From contig CAKKNE010000006.1 in assembly GCA_918797485.1 (NCBI GenBank), positions 2,728,001 to 2,792,000 of the forward strand: a stretch of DNA of 64,000 nt, given 5' to 3'. The position numbers and the translations under genes are program-made. This DNA comes from Pelagomonas calceolata (taxonomy: Eukaryota). Positions 31,242 through 42,493 of this stretch are shown here, piece by piece (the first letter of the stretch is position 1; the number at the start of each line of letters is the position of its first letter). The notes under the pieces are model-generated. The model saw only the letters and a list, made by a program, of their open reading frames with translations, was not told the DNA's origin and did not search any database.

Positions 31242-31661
31242 GACTGGGTTGCTGGTGAGAGCAAAGTGGTCAGGAGAGGCTGCGGGCCTTTTGAGATGGC
31301 TCTCGCCGCACGCCTGGCTGTCGGACGTATCCGAGAAGGCCTTGAACAGGCGAACCGGTAACTAACCGGCTCTGGGTGTGAGCACGTCTCGCGTTTGCTG
31401 TGTGCGTCGACAGCTTGGCATCGCTACGCTCGAGCCCAGTGAGCCGTCTCCAGCACCGCGTAGCAACGTCCACAATGGTCGAAGACGCGGCCGGACTCAT
31501 GCAAGCGACCTAGTGGCAAAGTTCGGGTTGCCCAGCGCCGCAAAAGCCAAAGCGCCAAAAAGGACGCCAGTCGAGGCGCAAGGGCTGCCCAACAGTCCCA
31601 AACAACAGACCGCAAACCCCCCTCCCAGCCACCGCACCGCCAGCGCCACCGACCGCCGACC

Positions 31662-33308
31662 ATGCAAGGGCTGGGCCCGGGCTCCTTGCTGGGCGCCGCC
31701 CGCGAAGCTGCTTATGGAGAAATCTCGGCCGAAGCAAGACAACTGGGCAAAGCGGAGATCGTGGGCATCGACACCTGGGAGCACGAGGGTGCCGACGAGT
31801 CGAAGATGACGCCCAGGGAGCGCGCGCGCTACCGCGCGAGGAAGGGCCGACGCTTCCTGCGGGAAGCCGATGAGGCGAGGAGCCCAGAACAGGCTGCCGC
31901 GACAAAGACGGACTTTCGGAGGCAACTCGGTCCAAGTGTACCGTCGATAGACCCCTACGGTTCGTATCACCTACCGCTGCAGTACGACACCGACCGCCTG
32001 CCGTACGGCGCGAGACCTGCATCAGATGAACCTCATATCGTCCTGGAGTACCGCGAGCTCATCCCGAAACTCGACAAGCATTGTGTGCGCTTGTTCGCCG
32101 AGGGTGGAGGTAAAAGATACTTAGAGGAGTGCCGGAAGACCGAGGAGCAAGTGCAAGCTGAGAGATTGCTGTTAGATGCCGACTTGAGTGAGCGAGAAGC
32201 CATCGAGATCAGAGATGAGGCAGCACTCGCGGAGGCCGTAGCCCAAGCGGCCATGACGCAGCTCGACAGCGAGAACTACAGCGAAGCGCTCAAAAAACGT
32301 TTGGAGGATGAACGCGGGAAAATCGTAGACGCCTCGAGGCACGACTACACGGACATCTACCGGTGGGACCCCGACGGTATAGCGTTGGAGGAGGTCGATT
32401 CTGATGATGGGTGGGACGATGATGTCGTGATGAACAATGCTAATATATCTAAGAGTTTCAAGGTATCAAGATATAACTGTCAAATACCCGAGGACTATCT
32501 CGATCTCCAAAGGCAATTTGTCGCGTTACATCCTGGACAATACAGACCATTGTCTATAGAGAGACCAGATGGCTCACTAGTCCAACCGAACGAGAAGCAC
32601 TTTGTCCACGGCGAGACGATCGTGTTTCGGGAGTTCGGGATCTATAACAACGATGGAGTGGAGAGACCATCTAATAAAATACGGGCGTCCCTCGTCATGA
32701 AGGCGCGAGCCAAAGATGTTATAGAAGACACCGTGGAAGCCATGCATGCCGTGCTGGCCGCGAAGAGGGCCGCGTCATCAGCGACCAACGACGACCTCGA
32801 GGCCGAAATAGCTGCGGAAGAAGAAGCGCTGCGGAAGGAGCGGGAGTTCGGCCTCGAGCTCGCGGATGAGTTCGAGCGTTTGGAGGCGAAGAAGGCCGCG
32901 TTGGTGAGGGCGAATGATGAACAGAGGGCCGCCCTCGCCCAGGAAATAGCCGCCGACGAGGAGGCGTTGCGGGAGGAGAAGGAGAGATTAGCAGAGGCCA
33001 AAGAGGCGGAACGGCTCGCGGCGGAGCCGTTCCTCTTCGACTGGGAACGGCTCCACGCCGAGAATTGCCGCGACGACCTTCCTCTGAGAGATACGGTGCA
33101 GCCTCCTGTGTTGACGAGTGGTGACAAGCGCCAAGCTTCGATCCAGACGCCGCGCACGGAAAAGGCGTGGCAGACGTCGTCTCTAGCTGCTAGGAGGGCG
33201 GGCCAGATGCGCGCCGGGCGCTCGAAGCCGACGCCCTTCCATCTGGGTGGGGAAGGGGGCAATGGGCGCGGCGCGGGCCGGTGGTACGTGAGCGGGTGCG
33301 GGCGGTAA
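31662..33308 (+). CDS. Hypothetical acidic, coiled-coil protein (start uncertain)
   Basis: 548-aa ORF with natural amino-acid composition. Confidence 0.55.
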   Translation: MQGLGPGSLLGAAREAAYGEISAEARQLGKAEIVGIDTWEHEGADESKMTPRERARYRARKGRRFLREADEARSPEQAAATKTDFRRQLGPSVPSIDPYGSYHLPLQYDTDRLPYGARPASDEPHIVLEYRELIPKLDKHCVRLFAEGGGKRYLEECRKTEEQVQAERLLLDADLSEREAIEIRDEAALAEAVAQAAMTQLDSENYSEALKKRLEDERGKIVDASRHDYTDIYRWDPDGIALEEVDSDDGWDDDVVMNNANISKSFKVSRYNCQIPEDYLDLQRQFVALHPGQYRPLSIERPDGSLVQPNEKHFVHGETIVFREFGIYNNDGVERPSNKIRASLVMKARAKDVIEDTVEAMHAVLAAKRAASSATNDDLEAEIAAEEEALRKEREFGLELADEFERLEAKKAALVRANDEQRAALAQEIAADEEALREEKERLAEAKEAERLAAEPFLFDWERLHAENCRDDLPLRDTVQPPVLTSGDKRQASIQTPRTEKAWQTSSLAARRAGQMRAGRSKPTPFHLGGEGGNGRGAGRWYVSGCGR

Positions 33309-33696
33309 TGTTCTTGTAGTCTTCTCGGCTCGACGGCGTACGGGGGGGCCGCGTCGTTCATGCGCCAGCTGCATAAGCGTGTTGGGGCCCCGGACCGGTC
33401 GCTAGGCCTCTCTAGCACTCCCCGGGGGCCCCGGGCAGGCCTGCGTCGCGGTGGTTACCCTAGCAGGGCAGCACTAGCCCGCGGCGTTGAGAGAGCAGGG
33501 TTAGCTAAAAAGGGCACGGAAGCACCTCGACAGGCGTGAAGCTGGGCCGGTAGCTAGCCCTCGACGCACCAGCCACAGCCGCGAAGCGGGGCAGCGCGTC
33601 GCGCAAGCGCGCACGCCGCCGAAGCTGCCCAAACCTGCAGGGCGGGCAGCCCGCGACCCGCGACGCGCGCACTACTGAGGCGCACGAGAACGCAAG

Positions 33697-36600
33697 ATGG
33701 CCGACATGCTCACCGACAACTTAGATGGAAGTGAACCGTGGCACAACGGCGCACCTTATGTTCCCACGACCATAGGCCACGTCCCGAAATGCACGCAAAA
33801 AGCAAGGGAGTTCCTCAAGGGCTTCCCCGCCGAGGAACGGGCCGCGGCGCTCCGACCCTTCATGATCCGCTACCGATTGTTCCCGGACAACTGCAAGGAT
33901 GTCCACACCGCACCTATAACCATAAAAGAGCTCAAAGGGTTAGTACGGGTCTGGAAGCTCCACAACCAGAAGGGTTTCTGGAGCGACCACACGACGCGGG
34001 AACAGATCGTGCTGGCCTTGTACGAGCGCATGCAGTACAACTACCGACAGGTCCGGGAAAAAAGACGTAGGGCGGACGAAGATCGGAAGCGACGCGAGGC
34101 CCTCAAGCACCAGGACGGCCCTCAATTAACGGAAGAGGAAAAAGCTGCTGCACGCATGAAGGCCCTCGCGTCGCGCCGAGAAGGCGGTCCCCGCCGGAGA
34201 AGTCTCGAGGAAGAGCCTAAAAAAGATCAAGATCAAACGCCGTTGCTCATGTACATGTCCCGCGGCTTTGGCGAGCCCGAAGACCGGTGCAATCCCCGCA
34301 GTCCCTCGCCGACGAAGAAGAAGAAAAAATTCTTTTCCGACGAGCGGCCGTCGTTCGAAGAGTCGGAAGACGAGGACGAGGACATGCAGCAGGTCCGCAT
34401 CAAAAGGAAATGTAGTACGGCTCTCTTGAACATGTCGCTGAACAAAAAAATGTCGTCGCAGTTCGTCGAACAAGGGGGTATGGCGGCTCTGCTCGACCTC
34501 GCCTCGACGTGCAAGGACGAGGAGATCATTACCAATTGTGCCGCGGCTCTCAATAACTTGATACCCTACGGCGACTACTACCCGCCGTGGAAGCTTTGCG
34601 ATCTTGGGGTTGTGCCAGTGATAGTTAAGTTGGTCAAGAGCGACGACGCTAGGGTGCGGCACTTCATGGCTTTATGTTTGTGTCGACTGTCGCAAGAACA
34701 TCAACTGGAGGATCGATTGGCGGGCCAAGGCGCCCTAGGTGCGGCCACTCGACTCGTAGCCGTGAGTGACAGCGTGCGAACGAAAGAAATCGCAGCTAAG
34801 GTGTTGATAAACTTGGCTTGTAGCATGGAAGGCCACCAGGCCGACACTACCGTGAAGAACGTCCTCAAGTGTGTGGCTGTCCTAGTCACACATAGGGATA
34901 AGAACAACAACCCTGACGCCGAGACGCAGCAGTTCTGCGCCGAAGCCATTCTCGTGATGGCCTGTTTACCTCAAGCTAGACCTGTCCTAGCGAAGCAGGG
35001 TGTTGTCGCGTTGCTGAAGGTCATGTTTTTAGCCTCACAAAGACCTGCAACCACCAATGCCTGCGCGTCAGCCTTGTGCAACATGGGCCAGGCCCACTCC
35101 TGCAGGAAGGAGATCTTGAATTTAGGATTGGTCAAGATCATGGCCCGGCTCATGAAGACGGGCGAAGAAGCGACGCAGCGCATATGTACTCTTTGTTTGA
35201 CCGCCCTGGCCGCGCAAGCGGACCTAAGGCCTTCTTTGTTAAAGGAAGGAGCGTTAAGAACAATAGCGGAGGTGGTGTACGCGCGGAAAGACGCTGATTT
35301 AGTGAAACAAGGTGCAGGTGCATTGCTGGCCTTTGCGTTCGACCCGTCGACGCGCGAAGACGTGGTGCATGAAGGGTGTTTAGGTGCTCTAGTTGCCTTG
35401 CTAGATAAAGATGACAAAGTAGATGAGGAAACACAAGCTAATAGCTTGATGGCCCTTTGTAACCTTATAGCCGATGCGGCTACTTGCCCACAAGTGCTGG
35501 AGGCCGGGGTGCTGTTGAAACTCGTTGGTTATACGTCGCAGTTGACCGAATTACCTTCGCTCGTCGATTACTTGGCCGTTGCTGTCTTAAATGTATCGAC
35601 CCATAAGGACGTACGAACATATGTGGCAAGGACACCGGGTTGCCTGGACTTGATAATTGAATTAGCGCTATTGGGTGTAGCTAGGAAAGACCCATCAGGT
35701 GAGTTGATTGAGGGTGACGGTTCGGGTGCTGATTCTGACAGAACTAAATCTGCGCTCAAGACGCTCCTGAACTTGTCACTGGACAGCGAGACGCACGAGG
35801 CGTTACTTGAGAGAAGACGTCGTTCGTTATTGGATGCCCTCGCGTTGCTAGTCTATGAAGACCGGAAGGCGCGGACCTTTGATAGCTCGCGGCCGTGTGG
35901 TAAAGATAGCACGTTACATTTGATATCATTGCTCTTACATATTCTGACCACGAATAAGACGAACCACGACCAGTTGATGTCCGGCGACGCGTCTAAATTG
36001 TTAGTTTGTCTAGCCAAGACTTCTAATGACGAAACGAGAACGGCAGTAGCCGGCTCGCTCTACAATATGACTCAACTCAACCCAGTAGCTGAGGAAAACG
36101 CCATCGAAGCTCTAGTGAGATTGTCGAAATCCTCGGAGAACGAGCGCGTGTTGTGGTGCGCCTGGTGCTTCGCGAACCTCAGTACCTACCCGAAGGGTCG
36201 GGCGATGTTAGGGAAACTCAGTGCATCGTTAGTCCCAGCACTACTGGGCATGATGAGAAGCGGAGTAGCCGACGCCGAGAAAGTACAATATCACTGCGCC
36301 GTCGCCGTCTGCAACACTCTGTCGGTGTTCCTCAAGAAACAACACGTGTTGGACATGGTCGCGAGTGGTACCGTACAGGACGTTATCGTCATCACGGTGT
36401 TGCGGGCGAATGACGTGCGGACGAAGCAGGTGTTGGCGCAGGCGTTGTTTAACTTGTTGGCTCGGGTAGATACTCGCAGAGAGATGATCGAGTGCGACGT
36501 CCCGATGGCGCTCGTGCGACTTACTCGTGTCGAGGATCCTATTTTGAATTTATTGGCTACTAATATGTTGAAGAACTTGTCGTGTGAGGCGGACAAGAAC

Positions 36601-38544
36601 GTCGAGAAGCTCCTGGAGATGAGAGTTGTGAGAGTGTTGGTGTCGCAATGTCTTTCAAGTTCGGGAGGCGTGCAGATCAAACGGAAGTGCGCCGCGACGC
36701 TAGCTAATCTAGCAGCAGTCCCGGAAATTTTAGATAAAGGCTTTTGTGATCGACAGTCGAATATTGTAAGTGGGGTGAGATCGATAGCTGTTGCTAGAGA
36801 TGCGGAAACTTTGGAGTACGTCGCTACCATCTGCTACTACTTATCAGCGATGAAGAAGGGTCGCGACGAACTCGTGGCGCAGGAGGCCGTGCCCGTCTTG
36901 GCTTCTCTATGTAGTGGGGAAGACGTCCCGGCCAAAGTGCGGCAGTTGGTCGTAGCGGCGCTAACTCATATATCCAATGATAGTACGACTCATGAATCCT
37001 TAACAGAATTCGCCCTCCCCCTCATCATCGAGACGATGGCCGGCGCGGTCCACGCCCACGACACGCGCATGAACGCCATGACGCTGCTATGTAATTTAGT
37101 GGTGCATCACGAGCCGAGTCGCGGCGCGGCCGTCGCGTTGGAGGCCCTACCTGCCTTAAAAGCTTTCGTAAGAAGTTGTTCGGTGGACGAGCACTTCGCC
37201 GTCGTCGCCAAGATCTTGCGGGACTTGACCTGGGACGAAGAGCACGTCCCGTTGTTAATTGAGCAAGGTGCCATGGCTTTAGCCGCGAGACTAGCGAAGA
37301 GGGAACCCGCTCCACTCAAACACGACGTCGCGGCCATCGTCTGCAACCTGTGTGCGTCCGGCGCGCGGCCGTCGCAATTGATAGAGGAGGACGCTGTTGG
37401 TGCTTTATTCTGGCTTACCTTACAAGACTTGCTCAATCTCACGAGAGCGGTGACCGTCGAGTGTGCGACATCGTTAAGGTACTTAGCGCAACATAGTGAA
37501 ATAGTGCCCCTCATCTGCGACGAGGCTAACCTGCTACCTTTACTGTTACGGTTCTTTAAGTATGATGAATCGGAACAAGTAAGGTATGATGCCGCTGTGG
37601 TACTGTACTACTGCCTGGGCCACGAGCCGGCCCAGAAGGCCCTGTGTCGGGCCGGTGCTATTAAAATGTTATCAGATTTAGCGTCGACGGGCGAAAGAAT
37701 AAGGGAAGTGTGTAGTGCAGCCTTACATCAGTTGCCCAATAACCTCATGCAGAATGTTGATGGTAAATTACTAGGTGTATTGATGGGCTTGCTGGACATG
37801 CAGGACGCGGACTTCACGGACCCAGCCACGTTCATGCCTGATAGGTCATTAACAAGCAGGAAGCCCTGGCCGCTCCGAGAAGCCACGCCTTACGAACCGA
37901 AAAAAAAGAAGATGAAGGCCGAGTGGCCCACGTCCGTCATCGAGAAGTCGACGAATGCCTTCGTGCCCGCGAAGTATCAGTTGGACATGGCCCATCCCTG
38001 CGAGGAGATAAATCCCGCGCTGCAAGACGTAAAAGTGGATTTTATTGGCGAATACAAGAAGATGGGCTGCGACGCCGAGGCGCAAACAATAAAAAAGCTG
38101 TCGTGGGGCGCGAAATATTTGGAAAACAAAATTGTGGACTACTCTCCGCGCGCGCCGGCGCCGGCGCCGGTCTTCGTGGACACGACGCCGGCGTCTCCCA
38201 CGCCGACGCTGGAGTCGCCCGTGCTGCCGCGCGTGCAGACGCCTCCCAGGTCCCTTGGATCGAGACGGTCGTCTGTCGACGACGAGGAGAGGTTGCCCGC
38301 CGTCGACGCGAGGTTCCTACAAGCGGAAGACGTGGCCGCTTCTGATGCGTTGCAGAACGCTTCCATAACATCAGCGTTCAAGAAAGGAGTGGATGAGGTT
38401 GAACCGGAACCATCACCAGCGCCGGCGCCCGCGCCCGCGCCGCCGCGGCGGCGGAACCCGCGCAAATACGCGGTCACGAAGAAGATGAAGCAAAAAGATA
38501 GGATCGCCGACGACTACTACGAGCTCCTGCGGAACGTGGCGTAA
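33697..38544 (+). CDS. Large armadillo-repeat protein
   Basis: 1615-aa ORF with many ARM-like repeats (xALxNL, GxxxxLxxL). Confidence 0.85.
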   Translation: MADMLTDNLDGSEPWHNGAPYVPTTIGHVPKCTQKAREFLKGFPAEERAAALRPFMIRYRLFPDNCKDVHTAPITIKELKGLVRVWKLHNQKGFWSDHTTREQIVLALYERMQYNYRQVREKRRRADEDRKRREALKHQDGPQLTEEEKAAARMKALASRREGGPRRRSLEEEPKKDQDQTPLLMYMSRGFGEPEDRCNPRSPSPTKKKKKFFSDERPSFEESEDEDEDMQQVRIKRKCSTALLNMSLNKKMSSQFVEQGGMAALLDLASTCKDEEIITNCAAALNNLIPYGDYYPPWKLCDLGVVPVIVKLVKSDDARVRHFMALCLCRLSQEHQLEDRLAGQGALGAATRLVAVSDSVRTKEIAAKVLINLACSMEGHQADTTVKNVLKCVAVLVTHRDKNNNPDAETQQFCAEAILVMACLPQARPVLAKQGVVALLKVMFLASQRPATTNACASALCNMGQAHSCRKEILNLGLVKIMARLMKTGEEATQRICTLCLTALAAQADLRPSLLKEGALRTIAEVVYARKDADLVKQGAGALLAFAFDPSTREDVVHEGCLGALVALLDKDDKVDEETQANSLMALCNLIADAATCPQVLEAGVLLKLVGYTSQLTELPSLVDYLAVAVLNVSTHKDVRTYVARTPGCLDLIIELALLGVARKDPSGELIEGDGSGADSDRTKSALKTLLNLSLDSETHEALLERRRRSLLDALALLVYEDRKARTFDSSRPCGKDSTLHLISLLLHILTTNKTNHDQLMSGDASKLLVCLAKTSNDETRTAVAGSLYNMTQLNPVAEENAIEALVRLSKSSENERVLWCAWCFANLSTYPKGRAMLGKLSASLVPALLGMMRSGVADAEKVQYHCAVAVCNTLSVFLKKQHVLDMVASGTVQDVIVITVLRANDVRTKQVLAQALFNLLARVDTRREMIECDVPMALVRLTRVEDPILNLLATNMLKNLSCEADKNVEKLLEMRVVRVLVSQCLSSSGGVQIKRKCAATLANLAAVPEILDKGFCDRQSNIVSGVRSIAVARDAETLEYVATICYYLSAMKKGRDELVAQEAVPVLASLCSGEDVPAKVRQLVVAALTHISNDSTTHESLTEFALPLIIETMAGAVHAHDTRMNAMTLLCNLVVHHEPSRGAAVALEALPALKAFVRSCSVDEHFAVVAKILRDLTWDEEHVPLLIEQGAMALAARLAKREPAPLKHDVAAIVCNLCASGARPSQLIEEDAVGALFWLTLQDLLNLTRAVTVECATSLRYLAQHSEIVPLICDEANLLPLLLRFFKYDESEQVRYDAAVVLYYCLGHEPAQKALCRAGAIKMLSDLASTGERIREVCSAALHQLPNNLMQNVDGKLLGVLMGLLDMQDADFTDPATFMPDRSLTSRKPWPLREATPYEPKKKKMKAEWPTSVIEKSTNAFVPAKYQLDMAHPCEEINPALQDVKVDFIGEYKKMGCDAEAQTIKKLSWGAKYLENKIVDYSPRAPAPAPVFVDTTPASPTPTLESPVLPRVQTPPRSLGSRRSSVDDEERLPAVDARFLQAEDVAASDALQNASITSAFKKGVDEVEPEPSPAPAPAPAPPRRRNPRKYAVTKKMKQKDRIADDYYELLRNVA

Positions 38545-38638
38545 AGTTGATTTTAGAAGTGAGGGTCTCGGGCGTCGGTGGCGTACTGCGGGCTAGCCTA
38601 GGATCCGTGGGTGCCAGTGATTCTTGACCTTGCCATAT

Positions 38639-39562
38639 TTACTCTTCGCGGGCGCGGAGGTCTGCTTGCGCGCATCGCAGGGTTTCCTCAATATTCATTG
38701 CGAGCGGGTGCGCACCACCGAGCACGCGCCGCGCAGTCGGTGCCAATTTCTCGAGTATCGTCACGGCCTCGCGGCCGCCGAGCGTCTTCGCGTAATTCGC
38801 CGTCATCTCGAGCGTAAGACCATCATTCTCGCCGAGCACGCGTCGCGTCGAGGGGATCGTTTTGCGGAACAGTGCCCGGGCTTCTTCGAGGTGCTGTAGA
38901 CGAGCAAGGGTCACCGCGTAGTTGTTGGCTGCTACGTGGGTATTTCTATATTCTTCGCCCTCTAGCCTCAAGTACCCAGAGTATACATCTCGTTGGATCT
39001 GCAGTGCCCGCTCGTGCCTTCCAAGCGCTTGGTACGAGCCCGCAAGATTGCTCCGCGCGGCGAGCATGCTGTGTTCCGATGCGCCAAGGCGTCGCTTCAT
39101 AGACAACTCGGCCTCTTTCACGGACAAAGCGTCATCGTGGTGGTCGGCAGCGGACAGAACGATTCCAAGCCCCGACATCGCCAGGCGCCGAAACCGGTCC
39201 GCCTCCGGCTGGCCCACGTACGTTTTCCAGCACGCCCACCCGAGCGCACACGCCACGACGCCGTGGTAATCTTGCTCGCACAGACTACACGTGTACCACC
39301 GCTCGAACCGCTCAGTCATCGCCTTAAGGCCCAAATTGTTATCCTCACCCTCCTCGACCAAAATCTTCGCCTGCTCCGCCAGGCACGACACGTGCGCGAA
39401 GCCCGCCGTCCCGCGGCACGAGCACCCGCGCACGAGGCCCTCCTTCGTCTTCCAGTGGAGGGCCTGGGTGCAGATGTAGCAATTCTGGCCCTTCGTGTCG
39501 TCCGCGCACGCCTCGACGGCCTCCGCGACGGCCTCTTTGTATTTTTTGTCGGCGTGGTATTG
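38639..39562 (-). pseudogene. 5'-truncated RINGv-TPR paralog (MYND and ATG missing)
   Basis: Homology to 28741..29889 starts abruptly at QYHADKKYKEAV; no in-frame ATG before the upstream stop. Confidence 0.7.
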
Positions 39563-39880
39563 GCAGCCAACAACTGCGCGTTGACCCTTCTTAATTATCA
39601 GCGCTTCGAAGAAACCAAATCACTATTGCGCCCAGTGATACCCGTGGCGCGACGCGTACTCAGAGATGATCAAGTCACGCTCAGGATGAGGTCGATTTAC
39701 GCGATGGCGCTCTACAGCGACGCCGGCGCCACGCTCGACGATCTCAACGAGGCCGTGACGACGCTCGAGGAGATGGAACCGACCGCGAGGCGCGTGCTCG
39801 GTGGCACACACCCGCTTACAACAGGAATCGAGCGCGCACTGCGACGCGCGCGAGCCGCGCTCAAGGCCCGCAAAGAGTAA
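39560..39880 (+). pseudogene. 3' TPR fragment of another MYND-RINGv-TPR paralog
   Basis: LAANNCA...IPVARRVL...ATLDDLNEAVTTLEE...ARRVLGGTHP; no 5' part. Confidence 0.7.
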
Positions 39881-39933
39881 TAACCCCAAGTACGCCATCG
39901 ACGCGACGCGTAACTATCTAAGCATGAACTTAG

Positions 39934-40545
39934 TCAGGGTTCCGACAGCGGACGCAGCCCCTTCATCTTGTCCGCCTTAGCGCCACCGGCATCTGAGGGA
40001 TCCCAGGGCTCGTAGCCCTTCCTCCTCGCGTACTCACCGGCCTGACCGGACGTCTCGCTACCGGGCTGCTTGTAGTACTTGTCCGGTTCGTTCGGATCGG
40101 GCTTCAGCATGCTACCGATACCGTAGCCCCTATTGCGTAATTGCGTCTCATTGGTCATCCAATGCTCTTCCTCCTTGTAGGGAGATCGTCCCAAGTGCGA
40201 CGTGTAGGGCCCGTCGTCGTGCGTGTCGAGCTGAGCTACTGACTTGAGTTTGTCCTCCAGGAAAGCGGCAGAGTTCGGGCCCGGCTCGTCGGTCATGTGG
40301 CAGAGCCAGCCGTGCCACGACGGCGGCACCATGGCCGCGTCGAAGTCCCAGGTGTTCTTGTACTGGACCCAGCGGTGCTGGCAGTGCTTCTCGTTCCGGT
40401 CCTCCCAATAAGTGTTTCCGTGCACATCTTCCCCAATTTTGACGCCGCCAATTTTCACGGTCCCCATGGCGAACATCTGGTCCCAGCAGCCGCGCCAGCC
40501 GAAGCGCTCCAGGGCCAGCTTCCAGCGGGGGAAGATGGAGGCCAT
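39934..40545 (-). CDS. NDUFA12: NADH:ubiquinone oxidoreductase subunit B17.2/NDUFA12
   Basis: IGEDVHGNTYWE, RWVQY, DAAMVPPSWHGWL, YEPWDP. Confidence 0.9.
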   Translation of the reverse strand: MASIFPRWKLALERFGWRGCWDQMFAMGTVKIGGVKIGEDVHGNTYWEDRNEKHCQHRWVQYKNTWDFDAAMVPPSWHGWLCHMTDEPGPNSAAFLEDKLKSVAQLDTHDDGPYTSHLGRSPYKEEEHWMTNETQLRNRGYGIGSMLKPDPNEPDKYYKQPGSETSGQAGEYARRKGYEPWDPSDAGGAKADKMKGLRPLSEP

Positions 40546-41062
40546 TTTTACGGGCTCCGGTGTTCGTCGCCGGTGCCTTCGCGGGCGTCTCGGCGGCGCG
40601 CGGCGACAACGCGCGTCGCTGTGCAAGTTTTGCAGTGAGGGGCTGGTTTGGCCTTGAGCTGCGGCGCGGCGGCGCGGCGCGGGCCAAGACTTCTCGAGAA
40701 GGTTGATATATGTCTCCGCAAGGGTCTGGCGCGTTCAGAAGGTCGGCGCTGTGCCCCTGCGACGCGCGAGGAAGCTGTAGCAATGGAGCAAGCTAAAAGC
40801 TAGTGCCTCTTTGGCTAGCTAGTCTCGAGCGAGCTGCCGCGCGAGCTGTTTGCGTGTTGAAGGAAGCCTCCGGGACCGCAGGGCGGGATCGCCTTCACTG
40901 CTATAGCTCAGCCCCTCAGTGCACCAGAGGCAGTGGCACCAAGGTGCAGCGGCGCTCGACGTCCGGCGCGCCCAGGCATATAGAGCGATCGCTGCAACAC
41001 AACACCCGCAGCGGTAGCCGCAGCGATCGAAAACGGACGCGCTTTGGGCCCTCGTAGAAACC

Positions 41063-42490
41063 ATGCGGCGCTGGGCAGGCCTCATCGTCGCCGCCTGCGC
41101 TGCGGCCGTCTCCTTCCCGAGCGTCCGGCCCAAGACGCAGAAGGTCGTCCTCCAGCGCAAGCAGCCCGTTCCACAAAAACCGGACGACTACGCGCGCGAC
41201 ATCTACCAGGCGATCAAGCGCGACGACTGGCCGTCCGCGCTCCAGGCCTACCAGCACGCGCGGCGCGCGCGCGCTCGATTGCCGACGAACTGCTACAATG
41301 GCATTTTGAACGGCCTCGCGAAGCGCGCCGACGGCGACGCTTGTGCGAGTGTCTTCGAGGACATGCGCGTTTTGTCCGTCGAGCCCACTGAAGCATCAAG
41401 GACGGCCCTGGCCAAGGCCCACGCCCTGAATGGCGACGGCGACAAAGCCCTTGAGGCGTTGAGAGGAGGTACGGACTGGACGCCGAAGTTACGGACCTAC
41501 GCGCCGGTCCTCAACTGTTTATTTTCATCGGGCCGCGTCGAGGACGCGCTCCGAGTGTGGCGCGAGATGGTTTCTAGAAGCGTGCGGCCGTCGGGCGAGT
41601 TGATTGTAGCTGCTGTTGCCGCTATTGATGATGACCATACGTTAGCTACGTTCCTCGGAAGTCTAGGTGATGTTTGTTTGAATAGAAAACAGCTCGAGGC
41701 CATACAGCAACGGGCAGGTGGCTCTTTTATGCACGTAACAAACGGCAAACTAGGTAACTTACAACTCCCCGGCGCCGGTTTGACAACGACGGAACTCGCG
41801 AGTGTCCGACAAGGCCTCTTCGACGCGGCATCACAATCTTCCGAAAGAGACAAAAACGAGCTCGAAAAGTTCGACGGCTTTCTCAGGGACCACCCCTGGC
41901 GCTTCACGGCGGTCGTGGACGGGCCGAACGTCGCGTACCTAAATCAGAACTACGACGGGGGCCGGTTCCGGCCGCTGCAGATCAAGGCTGTGGTGGACGT
42001 GCTCGAGGCGCGGGGCCACCGCGTCCTCGTCACGCTACCGGCGAAGTACTGCGAGGCCGTCGTGCCGAACCACTCGAAGTTCGCGACGCCTCTGCCGAGC
42101 CAGGAGGCCGAGCAGGCTCTGGAAGCGGAGGAGATCGCGTTGTTGGAGGAGTGGCGCATGCGGGGCATGTTGTATGCGGTGCCTCGCGCGTGCCACGACG
42201 ACTTGTACTGGATTCTGGGGACAACTTATAATTGTCTGGCGGTGTCGAACGATCGAGCAAGGGACCACTGGACGGGGGTCTTTGACAGTGAGGCGCAGTA
42301 TCGGAGGTGGTCTCGGGCGGCGGTCGCGTCCGTGGCCATCTCGCCGGACGGCGTGGAGCTGTCTTGTCCGCCGGTGCACGAGCATGCGAGCTTCGCCTCC
42401 ATATCTTCTGAGGGGGCTTCTATCGCGGTGGCGCCGGAAGAGGACGCGGGAGAGTGGCTCCGCGTGGACGTTGTGTTTAAGCAAAATTGA
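41063..42490 (+). CDS. PRORP: Proteinaceous RNase P (PPR + NYN), probably plastid-targeted
   Basis: PPR-like repeats incl. PKLRTYAP; NYN motifs VVDGPNVAY, DDLYW, VSNDRARDH; signal peptide ending AVS-F. Confidence 0.85.
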   Translation: MRRWAGLIVAACAAAVSFPSVRPKTQKVVLQRKQPVPQKPDDYARDIYQAIKRDDWPSALQAYQHARRARARLPTNCYNGILNGLAKRADGDACASVFEDMRVLSVEPTEASRTALAKAHALNGDGDKALEALRGGTDWTPKLRTYAPVLNCLFSSGRVEDALRVWREMVSRSVRPSGELIVAAVAAIDDDHTLATFLGSLGDVCLNRKQLEAIQQRAGGSFMHVTNGKLGNLQLPGAGLTTTELASVRQGLFDAASQSSERDKNELEKFDGFLRDHPWRFTAVVDGPNVAYLNQNYDGGRFRPLQIKAVVDVLEARGHRVLVTLPAKYCEAVVPNHSKFATPLPSQEAEQALEAEEIALLEEWRMRGMLYAVPRACHDDLYWILGTTYNCLAVSNDRARDHWTGVFDSEAQYRRWSRAAVASVAISPDGVELSCPPVHEHASFASISSEGASIAVAPEEDAGEWLRVDVVFKQN

Positions 42491-42493
42491 TAG

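Noticed and set aside
33420..33436. GC palindrome CCCGGGGGCCCCGGG
   Set aside because: Single, short and expected by chance at this GC content.
38993..39880. 295-aa + ORF as one gene
   Set aside because: Chimera of the antisense of the - strand relic and the TPR tail of the + strand relic.
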